A DNA stretch of 64,000 nucleotides from Candidatus Poribacteria bacterium (GCA_963665235.2 CAXXLX010000001.1:1280001-1344000), one strand, 5' to 3'. Positions 19,083-28,801 are shown, counted from the stretch's first letter. The notes: generated by a model from the letters alone, not told the origin. A program made the numbers and translations.

Positions 19083-20489
19083 TTAACTCGCCTCTGTGTG
19101 TTTCCTAAAATATTCAATTAAGAGGGCGAGGGTCACGCCCAGGCATAACCCAACAATGCCTGAAAGGATAACAATAAATTTGAACTGCGGTGCGACCGGA
19201 ATTTTTCTGGGGACCGCAATGTCAACGATTTCAATACCGCCTTTTTGTGTAACGGTTACGTCAGCCTCAGTGCTTAAGATTTCAGCCTCAAGGGCCCGCT
19301 TGGCAATTTCTTCCATCATAGTGTTCGCGAGTTGAAGTTTCGCGTTGAGTTGAACGAAATTATGCTGTGCTTCCGGAATTTTGTCTATTAAGTGTTGTAG
19401 CTGTTTTTCGGTTGTGTGCAATTTCTGTTTAAGTTGTTCGGTTTCGGCTTGATACCCTTCAATAGCTGGGGGCAATTCAATCAGCTGATTTTGTATATAA
19501 GTATAATGCGGTGATGTCCCATCCGTTGTAGCGGTCGCCATTTTCGGTGTTTCATCGGTTTTCTTTTTAATTTCATCAATTTGCGCGTTAAGTCCTCTGA
19601 TATCGGACGCGCTTTTTCCGATCTTTTCTGTATCAGCAATGCGCTGAGTTTCCAATTCAAATAACTTTTCTTGCTGATATAACCAAATAGGGTTGTGATT
19701 GCTCGTTTCCGAAATCTGTGTCTGTTTCGGCAGTATATCTTGCTGTTTTTGCAGGTGCATCAGTCGGAGTTGTGCTGTGCGAAGTGTACGTTCAGCGGTT
19801 CCGAGCCGTTCTTGCAAATTTTGGTGCTGCGCTAATAAATTTGTTAGCGTAGGGGACCATATCTCCGGACTTCCGTTTTCTTTGACAAATTGGAGTATAT
19901 CCTCGATAATTTTTCCGGTTTCTTTCCTAATTTCGCCCTGTTTTCGGTTGAGGAAGCGTTGATGTTTTGCTAAGTTGGCTTTTTCATTTTCGCTTCGGAG
20001 TGTTTGCATGTCCCGTGCAAGTTGGTTAACTAAAAGTGCAGCGTTGCGTTCACCCCCCTCTGTTTCTGTCAATTGTAGTGAGAGTTGAATATAGTCAGCA
20101 TCTGGTCGAATTTGCGCGCTTATATTTCGCTTGAGATTTCCGATACCCGGAAAGTGCCTTAAGCCTTTCTGTCCATCCTCTTCAAGCGTCTCTATTGCAG
20201 CTGTGAGCATGGATTCGGTAGCGAATCGCTCGCTGATTGTTGCCATTTCTCTGCGGTCTACTCCGCCGGAAAAGACCGTTTGAAACAAATTGGCGGATGA
20301 CATAGAGGAGGCGGGGTTCGATCTGACGAGCTGCATCAACGTGGAAGCGGAATAGGTTTTAGGTAAACGGAGGGAAATAGTAAGAGCAGTCCCTAAAACC
20401 GATAAGGTGCTTAAGCAAATAATAAAAGCGTACTTCTGTATAAATTGAAGATAGTCTTGCAAGGACTCCTCTTTCTGAGACATAAGCAT
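19083..20489 (-). CDS. Wzz/GumC family polysaccharide co-polymerase
   Basis: N-terminal TM plus PKTYSAS, long coiled coil, IVDIAVP..PVAP plus C-terminal TM (GLCLGVTLALLIEY). Confidence 0.85.
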   Translation of the reverse strand: MLMSQKEESLQDYLQFIQKYAFIICLSTLSVLGTALTISLRLPKTYSASTLMQLVRSNPASSMSSANLFQTVFSGGVDRREMATISERFATESMLTAAIETLEEDGQKGLRHFPGIGNLKRNISAQIRPDADYIQLSLQLTETEGGERNAALLVNQLARDMQTLRSENEKANLAKHQRFLNRKQGEIRKETGKIIEDILQFVKENGSPEIWSPTLTNLLAQHQNLQERLGTAERTLRTAQLRLMHLQKQQDILPKQTQISETSNHNPIWLYQQEKLFELETQRIADTEKIGKSASDIRGLNAQIDEIKKKTDETPKMATATTDGTSPHYTYIQNQLIELPPAIEGYQAETEQLKQKLHTTEKQLQHLIDKIPEAQHNFVQLNAKLQLANTMMEEIAKRALEAEILSTEADVTVTQKGGIEIVDIAVPRKIPVAPQFKFIVILSGIVGLCLGVTLALLIEYFRKHTEAS

Positions 20490-20622
20490 AAGTTTCCGCT
20501 CGGATGTTAAGACGAAAAAACCATCCTTTCATTTAAGTAAGATTTTTAGGACTATCGGACTTACGGATATCAAAAAAACCGTGGGTTTAAGGTTCGCGTT
20601 CCGTATCGGCGTAAGTCGTGGT

Positions 20623-21183
20623 TTATAGGTTATTTGCGGCGCGAATTTCTTCGTCGCTGAAAGCTTCATCGTGCCATTCAGTGATTCGCCATTCTCCGTT
20701 TCTTTTTTCGAAAATAAAGAGGTTATCGCCTTCAGCGAACCAACCGAGATACCCGCCTTCTAGAGATTCGCCATCAGCGACGAACCCTTGAATACGGTAA
20801 TGATTTCGGACCTCCGCCTGATTTCCATCTTCATACAGTTCTATTTCAGGCGGAGCCGAGAGTTCTATTTCGATATCTTGATACCGGGAAAAGACACGAG
20901 CTGCTGCCTCCCGCTCCTGTCGAATATCATCGAACTCAAGGTCATCGGTTGTATCACCATCAGTGCCCATGTCTGAGACGTATAGAAACCCTGTTTCCCA
21001 ATAAGCACTCATATAGGTTTCAACATCTTCAGTTTCATAACCTTCACGCCACCTTTTTAAAACCTCATTAATTTTCAAACGGTCTTCGACAGGTATCTGA
21101 TTTAATTTATCAACGTCTCCGCAGCTCACAAAACATGCGATTAAGACGAACATACCGATTATTTTGGGTAAAACCTTTAACAT
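20623..21183 (-). CDS. Lipoprotein, NTF2/SnoaL-like fold
   Basis: Lipobox FVS-C; WREGYETEDVETYMSAY; FEKRNGEWRITEW. Confidence 0.65.
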   Translation of the reverse strand: MLKVLPKIIGMFVLIACFVSCGDVDKLNQIPVEDRLKINEVLKRWREGYETEDVETYMSAYWETGFLYVSDMGTDGDTTDDLEFDDIRQEREAAARVFSRYQDIEIELSAPPEIELYEDGNQAEVRNHYRIQGFVADGESLEGGYLGWFAEGDNLFIFEKRNGEWRITEWHDEAFSDEEIRAANNL

Positions 21184-21201
21184 GAATCCTCACCTCTAAA
21201 C

Positions 21202-21762
21202 TTAAAAAGTCTTAACGACTCCCAAATAGAGCCGCGATGGGGTGACTCCAACTTGGAGTCCCGATTTTTCGAGCTGCTTTGCATCTTCCTGAATTGAATG
21301 AATTTTTGATGATGCGTTGTAAAAGTTTGCGCTGACATAGGAATCCATAATGCTATAAACCCAAGTACCGAGGGCGGTGTAGATAAAGAACATTCTGAGT
21401 TTGTAGCTCTGATTCGCCTTGTCGTAGCTGGCTAAGACGATTTCAGCATCTTCGGGGGCTATACTTGCGTTGAACACGTAGTCGTTATAATGGTTTGCAA
21501 AAGAACGTTGTGCGAAGTATGCGCCGACAGTTGAAGTAGCCATGGTAAATAGGATGAGTCCGCTCCGGAAATAATTGCGGCTATGAAATTGTCCCCATCC
21601 GGGAAAGAGGGTTGAGCGGACCATAGTTGCAATCGGAGAAATCTGTCTCACGCTCTTTTCAGGTTCCGTCGAATTGGTTTGAGCCTCGATTGTTTCGGCG
21701 AAACTTACGGGTAAACTTAGCGATAACATCAATAGTATCAAAAACGTCAATAAAAAACGCAT
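21202..21762 (-). CDS. DUF5683-like membrane protein
   Basis: SPIATMVRSTLFPGWGQFH and WVYSIMDSY motifs; start reassigned to MRFLL. Confidence 0.7.
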   Translation of the reverse strand: MRFLLTFLILLMLSLSLPVSFAETIEAQTNSTEPEKSVRQISPIATMVRSTLFPGWGQFHSRNYFRSGLILFTMATSTVGAYFAQRSFANHYNDYVFNASIAPEDAEIVLASYDKANQSYKLRMFFIYTALGTWVYSIMDSYVSANFYNASSKIHSIQEDAKQLEKSGLQVGVTPSRLYLGVVKTF

Positions 21763-21798
21763 GTGGGTTCTCATCCAATAGAGGTACGAGTTATATTG

Positions 21799-21831
21799 AC
21801 AAGCCTTACGCAAAAGTTGCGTAAGGCTTGT
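21799..21831. terminator. Perfect 15-bp hairpin (terminator or REP-like)
   Basis: acaagccttacgcaa-aag-ttgcgtaaggcttgt. Confidence 0.6.
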
Positions 21832-21861
21832 TGTCCAAGTGGGTTGCCCTAAGCATCTCGT

Positions 21862-23412
21862 TTATCTTTTTCGACTTTGTATGCGTCGGGTTGACCGTCG
21901 CCTATCCTCATCATCATCATCGTCATCTTTACTACTTGTCTTTGAACTTGAGGAACTTGAGGAGCGTGTCGCTGTTGGACGCGTCCGCGTGCTAGATGAA
22001 GAAGAACGAGTAGTACTCCGTGATTTAGGCTGCGTTGTTCTGGAGTTGGATGGCGTTACCGACGGGGTTCGCTGCTGTTTCCATTTATCAAGACTACGTT
22101 GACTTGGAAAAGGCGAAGAACTGCTCCGGTTTCGCGAGGAGTTTATGGACCACGTTCTCCGTTCCGTGCTCGAGGGACTATACCTTCTGGATGTATTCCC
22201 ATCTGTCCGTGAGTCAAGACGTTGTCCGTTCTGTCTTTCTGTCGTCCGCGTAGAATAACTGGAGCGGTTCGTATACCGTCGGGGTTGCAGTGTCGATGTG
22301 TTCCTCACGACGCGTCTTTGATGAATAAGCGTGCTTCGAGAGGCCCGTTCTGTTGTCGAAGGTATCCGTTTCCGATGGTCTTGAATAGTGCTACGGACAT
22401 CGGTTTGTACGGTGGTTCGTTCTTTTGCTGGAAGTTGTGCCGCTAATCGGCTCCGGGTGTACCGTTTCCGTGTATTTTCATGCGCTGCGCTCCATTGATT
22501 GAACTGCGTCCGTTTATGGGCCCCCCGATGTGATGAGCGATAATCATCATAGTATGGGGAGTGCCAATGGCCGTAAAGTGACGGGTGACGCGAGCGATAA
22601 CGGACGAGGTAGTTCCCATAATAGGAACGAATGGAGAGATAACGATGGTCATAGACAGGATAACTCCATCGGAAATAGGCATCGTACCCATCTGTGTAAT
22701 AAAAGGGACCGTCGTAAAAGTAGAGATAGGTGTATCGATGCCAGGGACGCCAACGGTAGGTAGGCGTATAGCGATGAATGACACGAACTTTGGGGGCTCT
22801 ACGATACGTTGTGACCTCAATATATTCAACATCAAGTTGTTCGCCCCCTTCGGCGACGATATGAAGTTCCATCCAGCCGTTTTCGACATGTCCGGCGGCA
22901 GGAATTTTGATGGTTTCAGAACGTCTATTTGCTCTAAGTACAAAGGTGTCGCCGTATCGAGTTTCAGCGGCACTTTTGTCATGATATCCGCGTCGCGTTG
23001 CTTCTCGCCGAATATTCCGCACCCAAAGTTTACCGGCGATGGGTTCATCGTAATCCTGAATTTCGAATGTGTGCGGCTCTCCTTTGTATCGAACCAAAAT
23101 CTCAATAGACTGGGCACCTTGCGGGATTTCAAACAGGTATACCCCGCTTGCAATCGCAAATTCGTAGTTATCCATATCACGAGATGTACTTGCCCAGGCG
23201 GTAAGCCGCATTCCCTCCTCAAAGAGCGGGCTGGCGGTAATCGTCGCGTTGCCGCGTTCAATCCATTCATCTACGTCACTTGCAACCCGATGTTCTCGAC
23301 TCATTCGGTCAGCGTAATAACCGGAATCGGCGTAACTTGCTGTTACCAACGCTAGGCTTAATAAACAGCTAAGAAGTCCGGCGATTGTCAATTTGAAAAT
23401 GCGATTCGTCAT
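21862..23412 (-). CDS. Secreted hypothetical protein with Tyr/Arg-rich segment and long Ser/Arg/Thr disordered tail
   Basis: True start MTNRIFK at 23412 with AGGAGG RBS; the ORF-track extension lies inside the IS right end. Confidence 0.75.
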   Translation of the reverse strand: MTNRIFKLTIAGLLSCLLSLALVTASYADSGYYADRMSREHRVASDVDEWIERGNATITASPLFEEGMRLTAWASTSRDMDNYEFAIASGVYLFEIPQGAQSIEILVRYKGEPHTFEIQDYDEPIAGKLWVRNIRREATRRGYHDKSAAETRYGDTFVLRANRRSETIKIPAAGHVENGWMELHIVAEGGEQLDVEYIEVTTYRRAPKVRVIHRYTPTYRWRPWHRYTYLYFYDGPFYYTDGYDAYFRWSYPVYDHRYLSIRSYYGNYLVRYRSRHPSLYGHWHSPYYDDYRSSHRGAHKRTQFNQWSAAHENTRKRYTRSRLAAQLPAKERTTVQTDVRSTIQDHRKRIPSTTERASRSTLIHQRRVVRNTSTLQPRRYTNRSSYSTRTTERQNGQRLDSRTDGNTSRRYSPSSTERRTWSINSSRNRSSSSPFPSQRSLDKWKQQRTPSVTPSNSRTTQPKSRSTTRSSSSSTRTRPTATRSSSSSSSKTSSKDDDDDDEDRRRSTRRIQSRKR

Positions 23413-23436
23413 GAGAATCCTCCTAAGTTTATGTTC

Positions 23437-23560
23437 GTCATAGTACCCACCACCTAAAGGTGGGGGCTTGTGCTTCCTCGACAACAGCGTTTATCCCTGG
23501 GGGACAACCCGTCTTATGTCGTCTCCACTTAGGGCAGCTAAGCCTGCCCGTTTGATGTTG
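23437..23560 (-). ncRNA. Putative TnpB omega/reRNA scaffold (5' boundary uncertain); predicted guide gaacataaacttaggaggat from 23436-23417
   Basis: Established architecture: scaffold overlaps the tnpB 3' end and right end, and the guide comes from flanking DNA. Confidence 0.6.
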
Positions 23561-24642
23561 ATTGCAGCGTTGACATCTCTATCGTGGTCTGAACCACATT
23601 CAGGACATGTCCACTGCCGATCTAAAAGAGTTAGTTTTTTGTTATGGTATCCACAATCACTGCAAGGTTTCGTCGTTGCTGTCCACTGACCAATGGACAC
23701 AAGTTCTTTACCGTGCTTTGCACACTTCTGTTCGAGTATCAGCAGGAATTGATAGAACGCGTGGTCAGAAACTTTGCGTCCCCAGAGGCGTTTCATACCG
23801 TCTATGTTCAGCGTCTCAAAACAGAGTATATCAAACTCGGTGCAAAGTTGCGTAGCAAGTTTCCATTGCCAATCGAGACGTTGATTTGTTATTTTTCGGT
23901 AAAGTCTTGCCAAAGCACGACAGGCACGATACCAATTACCGGAACCTTTGACTTTACGGCTAAGGGCTTTAGACAAAGAGCACAACTTGTTGAGGGATTG
24001 CTTGGAAAATTGTGGGGATTCTATTGTGTTGCCTTCGTCGCTTGTTAGAAATGTTTTGATACCGAAGTCAAAACCAGCACTCTTACCTGTCTTAGGTTTC
24101 GGTTCGGAGGCGTCAACATTATCGCAAGAAAAACATATCCAATAATCCCCGCATCTATCACGTTTGAGGGTGATCATTTTGATGGTACCGCATATTGCGC
24201 GATGTTTATGAAATGAGAACCAGGTGTCTATACAGTTGATTTTGATACGGTTCCCTTCAAGTTTATACCCTGCTTGTGTGAAGGTCATAGAGCTATATTT
24301 ATGACGCGGTTTGATGTGAGGTAATCCTACTTTACGTGTCGTTTTGCCTGCTTCCCTTTCTTTGATATTCCTAAAAAACGCATCATATCCTTTGCCCATA
24401 CGCAACACAACGTCTTGAATAACTTGACTCGGCAACTGATTCCAATGAGGCTTTGTCCGTTTTTTGAGTTTCACAATATGCGCATTCATACGAGACAGAG
24501 AAATATTTTTGCGGTAGATGCGGTAATACCTTTTCTGCAAACGCATAATATGCAAGTGTATCTGCCACATATCGTCAATCATATTACCAATCTTTAGCGT
24601 GTTAGATTGATCCTGAAGTTTGAACTTGTAAGATTTTCTCAT
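23491..24642 (-). CDS. tnpB: RNA-guided endonuclease TnpB
   Basis: RuvC-I GFDFG, RuvC-II CFETLN, RuvC-III HDRDVNAAINI; zinc ribbon CSDC...CPEC. Confidence 0.95.
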   Translation of the reverse strand: MRKSYKFKLQDQSNTLKIGNMIDDMWQIHLHIMRLQKRYYRIYRKNISLSRMNAHIVKLKKRTKPHWNQLPSQVIQDVVLRMGKGYDAFFRNIKEREAGKTTRKVGLPHIKPRHKYSSMTFTQAGYKLEGNRIKINCIDTWFSFHKHRAICGTIKMITLKRDRCGDYWICFSCDNVDASEPKPKTGKSAGFDFGIKTFLTSDEGNTIESPQFSKQSLNKLCSLSKALSRKVKGSGNWYRACRALARLYRKITNQRLDWQWKLATQLCTEFDILCFETLNIDGMKRLWGRKVSDHAFYQFLLILEQKCAKHGKELVSIGQWTATTKPCSDCGYHNKKLTLLDRQWTCPECGSDHDRDVNAAINIKRAGLAALSGDDIRRVVPQG

Positions 24643-24777
24643 TGACCGCTTTGACCTTCAAGGTAGTCTTTGATAACCTTCAGTGGCACACCGCCACAAG
24701 AGCTCACAAACTTCGAACGGGTCCACAAAGTGAGTTGTTCGGTAATCACGCTTGTTGTTAGAGAGTTTCAGTGGCAT
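24639..24777 (-). pseudogene. tnpA: Internally deleted IS200-type Y1 transposase
   Basis: MPLKLSNNKRDYRTTH joined out of frame to TLWTRSKFVSSCGGVPLKVIKDYLEGQSGQ*; HUH core missing; stop overlaps tnpB start (ATGA). Confidence 0.85.
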
Positions 24778-24810
24778 AATATATTACCTGTCTATTAGAG
24801 CGTATAGGAG

Positions 24811-24839
24811 ATTATACCACATTTTGATTAGATTGTCAA
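24811..24839 (-). promoter_or_regulatory. Consensus sigma70 promoter inside the IS
   Basis: Minus strand TTGACA-17 nt-TATAAT with extended TG. Confidence 0.8.
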
Positions 24840-25036
24840 GTCTTTTTTTTATATCACGCACTTCGCCGTCTACATCCCGCAAGCTTCGGAAGTAAAACAA
24901 ATGAGCTTCGCCTCATCCGTTTTACTTCCGTAAAGCATGGGGATTTGACAGGGGAGTGTTAAAATACATTCAATTGATAGGATGTCGGTCCTTATTTAAT
25001 TTAATATATTCCGCTTAATGTTCATTTGTGACAAAA

Positions 25037-25065
25037 ATTATACAATTTTTTTTAGCAATTGTCAA
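25037..25065 (-). promoter_or_regulatory. Consensus sigma70 host promoter upstream of the IS insertion
   Basis: Minus strand TTGACA-17 nt-TATAAT. Confidence 0.75.
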
Positions 25066-25134
25066 GAAAGAATTTAGAGCACTGCCCTTCGTTGCTTTAA
25101 GAGGGCCCGAGAATTGTCAAGAGGCTAAACGATA

Positions 25135-25881
25135 TTAGTGCCCGGCTTTAGCTATAAGTTTAATACCCCGTTTTTGTGCGTGGTCACGGGCAAGCGGTGT
25201 TACGACTGCCGGGGTAGCGTAGACCAGCTCTGTCACATCAGATGCCAGTTTTTCGATAACAGCGGCACTAATGACAGGCGTTTGCACACTTTCCCGTCCG
25301 GGTGTGTGTATTTCGCTAATAGTTGCTGCGAGGTGCTCAACCGCTATCCATTGAACGCCAAACTCAGATAAAACGTTGACATGCTCGGGTTCAATTGTGT
25401 CAAGGTGCGGCTTTTTATGAGGCACCTGTTTCTCTGAATTTAGCGGGTTCGATGCTACGATGACGGGTTTACCTCGGCGCAGTGCTTCGAATACCAAATA
25501 GGTAGCAGGCGTATCAACTAACTTCAAAGCGAGCTTCGCGGCCATCGGATAAGAGAGAGCAGGCAAGACAATCGGCGAATGATTGTCCACTAAAGTCGGT
25601 ATATCGGTCAGTCCGTTCTCTTGCAAGATGTTTTCTTCGCCAAACGTTGTGTAAATCGGCTTTAGGTTTAGCACTTTGGGTGCAAGTTCCGATAGCACGA
25701 TTTTAATTTTCCATCCATCTTGCATGCACGTCTGCAACTGCTGGAGCGGCTGTTCTAATTCGATGTGCGTAGCCCCAATTATGGCGAGTAGTCGCTTTTC
25801 AGGGGGTGCCGCTTGCTGTCGGTGCGTTTGGATGACTCTTTCGACAATTTTGGCGATTTGTTCAATCTGCTCAGGTTTCAT
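25135..25881 (-). CDS. BMC-associated flavoprotein-family protein with encapsulation-peptide-like N-terminus
   Basis: IVLPALSYPMAAKLALKLVDT..ALRRGKPVIVA; C-terminal VVTPLARD...GI motif; adjacent to pduL. Confidence 0.7.
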   Translation of the reverse strand: MKPEQIEQIAKIVERVIQTHRQQAAPPEKRLLAIIGATHIELEQPLQQLQTCMQDGWKIKIVLSELAPKVLNLKPIYTTFGEENILQENGLTDIPTLVDNHSPIVLPALSYPMAAKLALKLVDTPATYLVFEALRRGKPVIVASNPLNSEKQVPHKKPHLDTIEPEHVNVLSEFGVQWIAVEHLAATISEIHTPGRESVQTPVISAAVIEKLASDVTELVYATPAVVTPLARDHAQKRGIKLIAKAGH

Positions 25882-26591
25882 GTTTGGTCGCGTAAGAGTT
25901 CAACGGCTTCACCGCCTTTCAAACCGGCGGCATTTGCATCGTCAGTATCGAGATGCATCTGAAGCACATAAGATTCATGAATTTTCGGTCGAATATTTTC
26001 AAAAATTAGTGCCCGCTCTCCTGGGATACGGATTTTTAGGAGCTCAGTTTCGCGGATGCCTAGTGCTTGTGCCTGGGCTGGGGTCATGTGAATGTGTCGT
26101 GTTGCACAGATTGCTCCCTCCGCTAAATAGATGCTTCCCGCTGGGCCGATGAGGGTTATGGCTTCGGCCCCGGCGAGGTCTCCTGAATCCCGGATGGGTG
26201 GATTTAAACCGAGTCGAATTGCTTCAGTCTGTGCGACTTCTACCTGTGAGTAGTCGCGTACAGGGCCGAGAATTCGGACATGTTCAATTGCACGCATCCG
26301 TTTCCCGACGACAGTGACCGTCTCTTCCGCCGCGAATGCACCCGGCTGATAAAGTGGGGCGTAAACGGTGAGTTGGTGTCCGGGACCGTAAAGTATTTCC
26401 AGGTCAGCCTGTGTCACGTGTGCATGCCGGGCGGAGACTCCGATAGGAATTTTTTGCTGCTCGGTAACCGTATCACATGCTCGGTTGCCAGCAGGACAGG
26501 TCCGCAAAGCACATCCGCCACACGGCTGTTCGGTATTCAACCGACTCACTACACGGCGGGTAATTAATTCAACTAAGGCTTGGTCATGCAT
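25878..26591 (-). CDS. pduL: Phosphate propanoyltransferase (BMC phosphotransacylase)
   Basis: IPIGVSARHAHVT, RILGPVR..SQVEV, ATRHIHM, MHLDTDDANAAG. Confidence 0.93.
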   Translation of the reverse strand: MHDQALVELITRRVVSRLNTEQPCGGCALRTCPAGNRACDTVTEQQKIPIGVSARHAHVTQADLEILYGPGHQLTVYAPLYQPGAFAAEETVTVVGKRMRAIEHVRILGPVRDYSQVEVAQTEAIRLGLNPPIRDSGDLAGAEAITLIGPAGSIYLAEGAICATRHIHMTPAQAQALGIRETELLKIRIPGERALIFENIRPKIHESYVLQMHLDTDDANAAGLKGGEAVELLRDQT

Positions 26592-26651
26592 CTCGGATTC
26601 GCCTTTTCTATTCGATTCGGGACATTTCCCAAAAGCGGTTGTTTACAATTG

Positions 26652-26927
26652 CTACGTTTTTTGCAAGATAGTTTCAACTTCAGCGTGCGGTCGTGGAATG
26701 ACATGTACGGAAACGACTTCGCCGACGCGTGCTGCGGCTTCAGCCCCCGCATCGGTAGCCGCTTTCACAGCACCGACATCTCCCCGGACCATAACGGTCA
26801 CATAACCGGCACCGATTTTCTCGTACCCAATAAGCTGTACGTTCGCAGCTTTTACCATGGCATCCGCAGCTTCAATGCTACCTACCAAACCTCTCGTTTC
26901 AACTAAACCCAACGCTTCTCCAGTCAT
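26652..26927 (-). CDS. Bacterial microcompartment hexameric shell protein (PduA/EutM-like)
   Basis: [26 protein letters not shown]...[10 protein letters not shown]...HVIPRPH. Confidence 0.95.
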   Translation of the reverse strand: MTGEALGLVETRGLVGSIEAADAMVKAANVQLIGYEKIGAGYVTVMVRGDVGAVKAATDAGAEAAARVGEVVSVHVIPRPHAEVETILQKT

Positions 26928-27042
26928 ATCGCTTCTTACATCCTCCTTGTGAAATTTAAAATAGTGAGCGTATTGCTTCGCTTATGATAGGGTGCTGCTC
27001 TTTTGAGATACACCCGATATCTCAAGCACGTTTTATAGTATA

Positions 27043-27816
27043 TCAGAAATTTTTAATTTTTTCAAGTAAAAATTGATATAAAAGCTGATTAAATTTTTTC
27101 ATATCGCTGTGTGCCTCGTCAAAACGGGCCAATTTTTGATTAACAACGGCACGCCAAAAGTATGCAAGCGCGGAACGTGGTTCCAGGCGGATAGTCTCAT
27201 CGAAGTCTGCTAAAGCGTTTGTGAGATGTTCCGCTTCTGGCTGCGCTGCTATAGACAAATGGTAATATGCCTTCCCCCGTGCATAATGGACAGCAGCGGT
27301 CGGTCGCCGTTTAATGAGCTGTTGATAGTCCGCCATTGCTCGGTCGATTTTATTTAATTCAAAATAGATTTCTGCGCGTTTCAAGAGGACGCCGGCACTC
27401 CATCTTTTTTTGAGAGATGCGGTGTAATCCGCAAGAGCTTGCGAAACGTTGCCTAAGGCACGATAGACATCTCCACGGCTTGCGTGAGCGTCGGCAAAAT
27501 ATCTTTTAAGTGCTAAGGTTTGATTATAATCCGCTATAGCCGAATCGTATTGTGATAGGTGGTAATAAGCGAGCCCACGCTTCATGTAGGCACTGGCATA
27601 TTTAGGGTCAATTTCAATCGCCTGCGTTAGTGCCGCGGCAGCTTGGTGCATATCCCCGGTTTTGAGAAACTGTGTGCCTGTGTTTAGATGTTTTAAAGCC
27701 TCCCTGTCTGTGCCTTTCAGTTGTTCCCATGTTACAAATCGGGATGCTAGAAAGAGGGCGAGGATTAACACCGGTGCCATTACGTAAATCAGCGGTTTCA
27801 TAATATAACCTATCAC
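27043..27816 (-). CDS. Tetratricopeptide repeat protein
   Basis: Repeated AY..RG.AY...AIADY TPR units; N-terminal TM. Confidence 0.9.
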   Translation of the reverse strand: MIGYIMKPLIYVMAPVLILALFLASRFVTWEQLKGTDREALKHLNTGTQFLKTGDMHQAAAALTQAIEIDPKYASAYMKRGLAYYHLSQYDSAIADYNQTLALKRYFADAHASRGDVYRALGNVSQALADYTASLKKRWSAGVLLKRAEIYFELNKIDRAMADYQQLIKRRPTAAVHYARGKAYYHLSIAAQPEAEHLTNALADFDETIRLEPRSALAYFWRAVVNQKLARFDEAHSDMKKFNQLLYQFLLEKIKNF

Positions 27817-27817
27817 C

Positions 27818-28795
27818 CTATTTCGGATAGAGTTGATGAATGTTAACCTCTAATTTGAGTTCACTAACGGAGGTATACTTTTTGGATAAATCGATTTCAA
27901 TATAGGTTTGTCCTCCTCGGAGTCCGCCGTACCCGGTGGAAAAAATGAGCTGGTTTTCGCCAAGTCGAGCGACCCCATCCTTGACATTTTTTCTTGGAAA
28001 ATAAACGAGTGGCGTGTGCCCAACGACGAGAAAATTCGCTTGGAGGACTTCGAGAAAATTTTCAGTATGTTTTAACGTATATCCGCCAATAGATACGACA
28101 CTCGGACGGTGCCAAAGCAATTCTTCTAATGTTTTAGGCCCGGGGTCAATAAGGTCGGCTAGGCTGATAATAGTGCGGGCAGGGCCGGCGTGAATGCCGA
28201 CGAACCCGTTCTTGCCGATGACGACTGTGGGCAGTGCCATGAGGAATTTGAAATGTTCATCTGTCATGCGTTCGATGAAATTAAACTGTTCATAATAACT
28301 GCCGTTCGGGCCTCGATATAACGTCTCAATGAATTCTGCTCGATTTTGGTCGGTCATGCCGTTACTTTTGAGCATGGCGTACGCGTCTGCTGCTGCAAAT
28401 TCGTGGTTGCCTCGGAGGTAAATAAATCTTTTGCCTTTATCTCCAAGTTGCTGCTGTAGCTCAATGACTCGGTCAACAAGCTGGATATCGCCGTAAGGGG
28501 GTTTGCGAGGTTCGCCCGGTTTGTAGTCGATGGAATCGCCGAGGAGCAGTCCGTAGACATCTTCGCCTGCCTTAATTCGTTCGACAAGCTGGGTTCGTTG
28601 GAGCCACTGATTAAAGTCGTCCCACCGCGCATGTAAATCTGAGACGATATAAACTGTGCCGTGGTCAGGCAGCACAATGACGTGTCCATCGCGCGTAAAT
28701 TGATTAGGGTACTGCGCGAGGTGCTTAAGTTGACCGACGGCTGCGAACGTAAAACAGAAAAAGCAAAACGCGATGTGAATTAGATAGATTTTCAT
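27818..28795 (-). CDS. Secreted calcineurin-like metallophosphoesterase
   Basis: SDLHA, LGDSID, RGNHE, HAG, VGHT motifs. Confidence 0.9.
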   Translation of the reverse strand: MKIYLIHIAFCFFCFTFAAVGQLKHLAQYPNQFTRDGHVIVLPDHGTVYIVSDLHARWDDFNQWLQRTQLVERIKAGEDVYGLLLGDSIDYKPGEPRKPPYGDIQLVDRVIELQQQLGDKGKRFIYLRGNHEFAAADAYAMLKSNGMTDQNRAEFIETLYRGPNGSYYEQFNFIERMTDEHFKFLMALPTVVIGKNGFVGIHAGPARTIISLADLIDPGPKTLEELLWHRPSVVSIGGYTLKHTENFLEVLQANFLVVGHTPLVYFPRKNVKDGVARLGENQLIFSTGYGGLRGGQTYIEIDLSKKYTSVSELKLEVNIHQLYPK

Positions 28796-28801
28796 GAGGG
28801 G

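Larger units (their letters stand above)
23437..24958 (-). mobile_element. IS200/IS605 family element (deleted tnpA plus intact tnpB)
   Basis: Minus strand: target (T)TTAA then LE cactcccctgtcAAAT-ccccatgc; RE CAAG-cccccacctttaggtggtggg-tactaTGAC; tetramer pairing rule satisfied at both ends. Confidence 0.9.

Noticed and set aside
22443-23355. 275-aa and 256-aa overlapping ORFs
   Set aside because: Shadow frames of the 21862-23412 gene, which has the RBS and signal peptide
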